Shown here in pieces: positions 38,196 through 42,688 of a DNA stretch of 42,688 nucleotides (positions are counted from its first letter, which is position 1; every line of letters begins with the position of its first letter). The notes beneath the pieces are model-generated. The model did not search any database and was not told the DNA's origin. It was given only the letters and a program-made list of their open reading frames with translations. The stretch is from Candidatus Firestoneibacteriota bacterium (GTDB lineage Bacteria > Oederibacteriota > D2-FULL-39-29 > JBDRBU01), in contig JBDRBU010000085.1 of NCBI GenBank assembly GCA_043822305.1, positions 1 to 42,688 of the forward strand, written 5' to 3'. The position numbers and the translations under genes are program-made.

Positions 38196-40514
38196 TTATT
38201 TTTTGTATTTTTCTGCTGATTTTATATCACCTTTTTGAATATAAGCATTTATTAGATTTCCTCTTGCTTCAAGGTAATCTGGATTTATCTCTAATGCTTT
38301 TAGATAGAATTCAACTGCTTTGTCAAAGTTTCCCATTCCGTGCAATGAAGCTCCAATAGCATTCCAGCCGATACAGTAAGATGGATTAATCTCTATGGTT
38401 TTTGTATAATATTTTAATGCCTCATTATAATTTTGTCTCAGGAAATTTGAATTACCAAGGGCATAATAAGCATCAGTATAAGTTGGATTAAGATTTAAGG
38501 ATTGAACAAAACTTTCATCAGCGTTTTTATAATCGCCTTTGGCCAGATAGGCGGCACCTATGTTGAAATAAGATTTAAAATATTTTGGGTTAATTTCTAA
38601 TGCTTTTTTATAAGATAAGATGGCCTCATCAAATTTTCCGATTTTATGATATGCAGTTCCAAGATTGTTGTATATTTCCGCTGATTTTGAGTTTTTATTT
38701 ATCTCATTTTGATATACATTTAAAGCAAGTTCAGGTGAAAATTTTGCAGAGATTTGACCTAACATTGATTTTACTGAAGTACTGTCTTTACCAATTTCCT
38801 CTGCTTTTTTCATTACCTGCATTGCAATTTCAAATTTTTTTTCATCTATATATTTATTAGAATGTAAGATATGATAGTAAGCAATAATTTCTCTGCAAAA
38901 GTAATCCAGATATATAGTATTATCCTCGATACCTCTCATTGGATAATTAAATTCTCTTTTTATCTTTTTACTTCCAGTTTTGTAAAGTATTCCATCCTGA
39001 ACTCGTGTTATATCATCCATATTATCAATACTTCCGCCAATTATAAAATATACAGGTTTGGCTAAAGAATTTATAATTTCTCTTTGAACTTTAGTTACTC
39101 TTGTATGATAAACATCTGCTCCCATTCTCAGAAAATCTTCACCATAAATATTTTTAAATACCCTCCCAAAGTCATCATAAATTTCAAGGTCAGTTCTGAT
39201 TTTTTCAACCATATGTAAGTATGCTGATGGGAATATATCATTATCTGCTGATAAAAATAGTATAGAATTGATTTCAGGAGTTTTAAGTATATTCAGACAA
39301 TAATCACATGCAATAAAATTTCTACTCCTGTCGTTTTCAAAATAATTTGAAGTCAAGGGGAACAAAAAAGTGAAAGAAGTAAAAAAAGTGAATAAAGTGG
39401 CTAAGGTTCTTTTTTTGAATAACATTGTTAGATAATAAAATCCAAAAAATATCCAGATGGAAACTATTAGATACGATGGGATAAAAAATACTTCATATAC
39501 ATATGTATCGTAAACGGTTACAGGGGGATTTGTCATGAGTATTAAACCAAAACTTGTACATACAAATATTAAAGTAAACAGTAAGAATATTTTTTTATTC
39601 CACTTGTAAGATAAATATATACCTGGTAACGATATCCAGATTAAAAAAGGAGTAAACTGGCTAATTAGCAAAGAAAAGTAGTTGGAAGTTTGTTTAATAA
39701 ATAATTCTATACTTCGTGTTGAAGAACTAATTGTTAAATACTGTTTTCTAAATATGTGGTTTAAAAAATTCCAAAAATTAGCAGGATGTCCCCAATCAAT
39801 TGGTGGATTTGTAGCAGAACGGATAGGAAGATATAGATAAGTAAAGAAAGCAACAAAAGTAACTAAAGTAAGAAAAGTAAAAAAAACAGTAAAAATTTTT
39901 TTTTTGTTTGATAAATATGCTTGCCATAATATAAATATAAAAAACAAAATTATAAGTGGTGCAATAGTATTATGATTGGCAAGACTAAACCCACAAATTA
40001 CGGATATTATGATTATTTTATTTTTTGTAAATTTTGAATTTAATGAATAAAGTAGATTTATTATTAAGATAATAAAAAATGCGTTTAAAGTATAAAGTCC
40101 ACCTTTGGCTATTAAACTTTGCGACCAAAAGGTTTTTGAAAAAGCAAAAAGTAATGAAGCAGAAAAAGCGATAAAAGTAGCGTCCCAATTTATTTGGGAC
40201 GGAGTGGAGAAAGCCGTGTTTACCATACGCACAGTGAATAAAGTGAGAAATAATATCAAGACTGTTAAACTACCGAAAAATGCAGCCACAAGATTCACTC
40301 TAAAGGCGATTGTTCCTAATGGTAGATATGTGAATAATTTACCAATCATACAAAACAAGGGGTAGCCGGGAGGATGGGCTATGCCGAGGTGATATACGGC
40401 TGTTATCATTTCACCACTATCTCCAACATATACTGTAGGACAGATTGTTAAAAGGTAAATAAAGAGAGATATAGTCAAGGCTAAAATTCCCAGTAATAAA
40501 TGTGATTTTCTCAT
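38196..40514 (-). CDS. DUF2723/TMEM260-like membrane protein with C-terminal TPRs (paralog)
   Basis: GDSGEMI, GIAHPPGYPL, ANHN, YLYLPIRS, followed by TPRs. Confidence 0.88.
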   Translation of the reverse strand: MRKSHLLLGILALTISLFIYLLTICPTVYVGDSGEMITAVYHLGIAHPPGYPLFCMIGKLFTYLPLGTIAFRVNLVAAFFGSLTVLILFLTLFTVRMVNTAFSTPSQINWDATFIAFSASLLFAFSKTFWSQSLIAKGGLYTLNAFFIILIINLLYSLNSKFTKNKIIIISVICGFSLANHNTIAPLIILFFIFILWQAYLSNKKKIFTVFFTFLTLVTFVAFFTYLYLPIRSATNPPIDWGHPANFWNFLNHIFRKQYLTISSSTRSIELFIKQTSNYFSLLISQFTPFLIWISLPGIYLSYKWNKKIFLLFTLIFVCTSFGLILMTNPPVTVYDTYVYEVFFIPSYLIVSIWIFFGFYYLTMLFKKRTLATLFTFFTSFTFLFPLTSNYFENDRSRNFIACDYCLNILKTPEINSILFLSADNDIFPSAYLHMVEKIRTDLEIYDDFGRVFKNIYGEDFLRMGADVYHTRVTKVQREIINSLAKPVYFIIGGSIDNMDDITRVQDGILYKTGSKKIKREFNYPMRGIEDNTIYLDYFCREIIAYYHILHSNKYIDEKKFEIAMQVMKKAEEIGKDSTSVKSMLGQISAKFSPELALNVYQNEINKNSKSAEIYNNLGTAYHKIGKFDEAILSYKKALEINPKYFKSYFNIGAAYLAKGDYKNADESFVQSLNLNPTYTDAYYALGNSNFLRQNYNEALKYYTKTIEINPSYCIGWNAIGASLHGMGNFDKAVEFYLKALEINPDYLEARGNLINAYIQKGDIKSAEKYKK
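40177..40201 (+). repeat. GTAG-REP inside a CDS
   Basis: GTAG-CGTCCCAA-TTTAT-TTGGGACG, perfect 8-bp stem. Confidence 0.75.
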
Positions 40515-40568
40515 ATATTTAAATTACCATAAAAATTTGAAAAATTCCACAAATAAAAAAAATTTTGC

Positions 40569-40596
40569 TTGAATTATTTTAAAAATTGATTATAAT
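40569..40596 (+). promoter_or_regulatory. Candidate ssrA promoter
   Basis: TTGAAT-16 nt-TATAAT, 38 nt before the mature tmRNA 5' end. Confidence 0.45.
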
Positions 40597-40634
40597 AGAT
40601 TTTATATTAGTGTAACAGAAGAATAATGAATAAA

Positions 40635-40982
40635 GGGGGTGCACGGATTCGACGGGGGTATTGAAATATAGATTGCCTGTAGAGGTGCCACTAACCTCTT
40701 GAAACAGGTGGCAAAATTTTAACTGCTGACTACAAGTTAGCACTGGCTGCTTAAGGCAGTCACGCTTTGCTAGTTTTACCTGCGGGATTAGTAAAGTGTC
40801 AAATAGCAGGATAGCATAATTTGTTTCACCTAAGGACAAATGATGCGAATCTTTACTTAGGTTAGTAATATCAAATCCTGCCTTTGGGAGTTGGTATTGC
40901 AAATCTAAAACAAAGGAAATACAGGTAGTAATCTATACGGATGTACTTTCGGACGTGGGTTCGATTCCCACCACCTCCACCA
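40635..40982 (+). ncRNA. ssrA: tmRNA; tag (A)ADYKLALAA* at 40725-40754
   Basis: 5' GGGGGTG..GGATTCGAC and 3' GGGTTCGATTCCCACCACCTCCACCA; G3-U acceptor wobble; TAACT-GCT resume context. Confidence 0.97.
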
Positions 40983-41031
40983 ATAAAAAGGGGACGGCCA
41001 CCATTATTTATAGAAAAACCAAAAAATTGTA

Positions 41032-41060
41032 TTGCTTTTGAAAGGGTTTTTTGATAATAT
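41032..41060 (+). promoter_or_regulatory. Candidate tRNA operon promoter
   Basis: TTGCTT-17 nt-TAATAT with a TGn extension. Confidence 0.35.
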
Positions 41061-41162
41061 ATTAAAAAGTAAAACTTTTTGAAAGAAAAACTGTTGCTGT
41101 GTAGAAGGTCACACCGATCATATTTATGCCAAATCGATTCTGGCAATTTTAAAGTAAAAAAT

Positions 41163-41239
41163 GCGCCCGTAGCTCATCTGGATAGAGCAACTGCCTTCTA
41201 AGCAGTAGGCTGGAGGTTCGAGTCCTCTCGGGCGCGCCA
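41163..41239 (+). tRNA. tRNA-Arg(TCT)
   Basis: Acceptor GCGCCCG/CGGGCGC, anticodon arm ACTGC-CTTCTAA-GCAGT, encoded CCA. Confidence 0.97.
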
Positions 41240-41252
41240 TTAAAAAATTTAA

Positions 41253-41326
41253 GCGCCATTAGCTCAGCCTGGTAGAGCAGCCGACTCTTAATCGGGAGAC
41301 CGGGGGTTCGAATCCCTCATGGCGCA
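41253..41326 (+). tRNA. tRNA-Lys(CTT), CCA not encoded
   Basis: Acceptor GCGCCAT/ATGGCGC, anticodon loop CTCTTAA, GGTTCGAATCC T arm. Confidence 0.93.
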
Positions 41327-41328
41327 TA

Positions 41329-41478
41329 AATATATACAGAGCAGAAATAGAATCATTTTCAGCAGCAATAGAAAAAGATAAAAAACCTGAAATTAGTGGC
41401 GAAGATGGTTTATGGAATCAGAAAATTATTTTAGAATGTTATAAATCAGCAAAACAAAGAAAAAGTATTAAGTTGTAG
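41329..41478 (+). pseudogene. C-terminal remnant of a Gfo/Idh/MocA-like oxidoreductase
   Basis: Start-less frame NIYRAEIESFSAAIEKDKKPEISGEDGLWNQKIILECYKSAKQRKSIKL*. Confidence 0.65.
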
Positions 41479-41502
41479 ATAAAACAGATATACTCTGACA
41501 CA

Positions 41503-41871
41503 TTAAGGGGCTGGATATAATAGATTATAACTGTCTTTATTTAGCATTAGCAGGAGACAGTATAATGTTGGAAGTTTTTGTTTTATACTGTTTAAAGAAT
41601 CTTTTTTTTGAAAAATAGATATATATTGTTCAGCTAATACATCTCTGAATCTTAACAATTCTTTTAACAAATTCTTTCTCATTTTTATGCTGATGGTTAA
41701 ATCTATAAGTTCGAACGCCCTCTCATAACAGTTTTTAACTTCTTCCAAATCGTTCTTATTTATCCAATTTTTTGCCCTATTTAACTCATTAGCGATCATA
41801 ATAATTTGTTTAGAAAATGGAAATAGCATCCACTTTTCACTATTCAATGTCTTATGGTGTTTAAGGTTCAT
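41503..41871 (-). CDS. Hypothetical helical protein coupled to the DUF5674 gene
   Basis: 122 aa; W..F...QI.MIANEL.RA...YERAFELIDLTI...ELLRFR; overlaps the upstream gene by 11 nt. Confidence 0.8.
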   Translation of the reverse strand: MNLKHHKTLNSEKWMLFPFSKQIIMIANELNRAKNWINKNDLEEVKNCYERAFELIDLTISIKMRKNLLKELLRFRDVLAEQYISIFQKKDSLNSIKQKLPTLYCLLLMLNKDSYNLLYPAP

Positions 41872-42208
41872 AGTTTATGAGGTTATCAATTATCTTTTTA
41901 ATTTTTTCTACGATTTTTTTATCTTCAATTTCCATGGAGTAATTATCTTGATGAGGCCTAATATTTATTAATGAAGTATATTCTATAAGATCATCTTTAT
42001 TTTTAAACGGATATAAATTTATACCCCAAAGATTTTCTTGTTTTGACCCATTTTCTAAGAGATATGTCTCTAAATCTGAATGGAGTTCTGCATCTACGAC
42101 CATTATCTCTTTTTCTATATCAACAACTCCTTTGATCAGAGTCTTAAAAAAATTAGAAAACTTCTGTGAAAGTTGATTTCTATTTATTTTTTCTTTTATA
42201 ATTTCCAT
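41861..42208 (-). CDS. DUF5674-like protein
   Basis: IKGVVDIEK...ELHSDLE..LLENGS.QENLWGINLYP...SLINIRP; start moved to MEIIK. Confidence 0.8.
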   Translation of the reverse strand: MEIIKEKINRNQLSQKFSNFFKTLIKGVVDIEKEIMVVDAELHSDLETYLLENGSKQENLWGINLYPFKNKDDLIEYTSLINIRPHQDNYSMEIEDKKIVEKIKKIIDNLINYEP

Positions 42209-42266
42209 TATTTTAATTATACAAAATCTTTTAGAGAAATGCAATAAAAATATAGAAAATTACCCC

Positions 42267-42295
42267 TTGTCTTTTATGTTAAAAAGTTGTATAAT
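42267..42295 (+). promoter_or_regulatory. Candidate tRNA-Leu promoter
   Basis: TTGTCT-17 nt-TATAAT. Confidence 0.55.
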
Positions 42296-42323
42296 TAAGT
42301 TAGATATTGCTGTCGAATATGTC

Positions 42324-42405
42324 GCGAGGGTGGCGGAATTGGCATACGCGTTGGACTTAGGATCCAATCCCGAAAGGGTTGCGGGTTCAACTCCCGCTCC
42401 TCGCA
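42324..42405 (+). tRNA. tRNA-Leu(TAG), CCA not encoded
   Basis: Acceptor GCGAGGG/TCCTCGC, TTGGA-CTTAGGA-TCCAA, variable arm CCCGAAAGGG. Confidence 0.96.
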
Positions 42406-42429
42406 TTTTCTGAAAGACTATATAATGTC

Positions 42430-42567
42430 ATGAAAAATAAAATTTTGTCGATAACATTATTATTTGTTTTTCTTGCGCCTTTTTTATCTTTTTCTCAGGT
42501 TCAGCCTGAAGATAGAAAGGTAACTATAGACCCTGAAGGCAAGACTCCGAAACTTCCTCAAGTTTAA
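42430..42567 (+). CDS. 45-aa exported peptide or truncated secreted-protein gene
   Basis: MKNKILSITLLFVFLAPFLSFS-QVQPED... reads as a signal peptide. Confidence 0.4.
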   Translation: MKNKILSITLLFVFLAPFLSFSQVQPEDRKVTIDPEGKTPKLPQV

Positions 42568-42688
42568 TGCAGAGAAATGATGTAAGTCTAAATATATGAG
42601 AGAGTTTTTTGAATTTGACTCGTTTAAGGCTATTTTGGGGATAAGTAATGAATAATTTGATAGAGTTTGAGATGATCAAGTCTGCCTT

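Noticed and set aside
40579..41146. Minus-strand ORFs 40579..40902 and 40871..41146
   Set aside because: Antisense to the tmRNA; GGGGNRTHVR is the usual translated tmRNA 3' end.
41061..41162. Weak hairpins upstream of tRNA-Arg as a possible ncRNA
   Set aside because: The stems are short and match no RNA family I recognise.
42379..42429. Tracked ORF start at 42379
   Set aside because: It lies inside tRNA-Leu; only the ATG at 42430 is plausible.

Overview
AT-rich bacterial chromosomal window (standard genetic code, probably a diderm), almost all on the + strand. It opens inside a long repetitive coiled-coil gene. A ~31 kb Wzx/Wzy-type surface-glycan locus follows: wza, wzc, polymerase/ligase, flippase, 8 soluble GT genes, 5 class I methyltransferases, 3 radical SAM enzymes, DegT, WbqC, an acyltransferase, a frameshifted PHP gene and a polyprenol-P-sugar/GT-C block. 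After it come TPR and lipoprotein genes, tadA, two convergent DUF2723/TMEM260-like paralogs, ssrA, three tRNAs, an oxidoreductase remnant and a DUF5674 gene pair. The most interesting signal is a layer of small palindromic elements that the ORF track does not explain. (i) A 390-bp unit consists only of a GIY-YIG nuclease gene between two hairpin arms (20414-20803). A 90-bp gene-less copy with the same ends and a compensatory base-pair change sits in frame inside a methyltransferase (10902-10991). This suggests a GIY-YIG-driven autonomous/non-autonomous element pair. (ii) GTAA-ended, IS66-like termini bracket different palindromic cargos, one with a near-perfect 8-bp target duplication. (iii) GTAG-REPs occur inside coding sequences, and further mini-insertions sit in their loops. 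All family assignments come from reading motifs by eye; no database searches were run.
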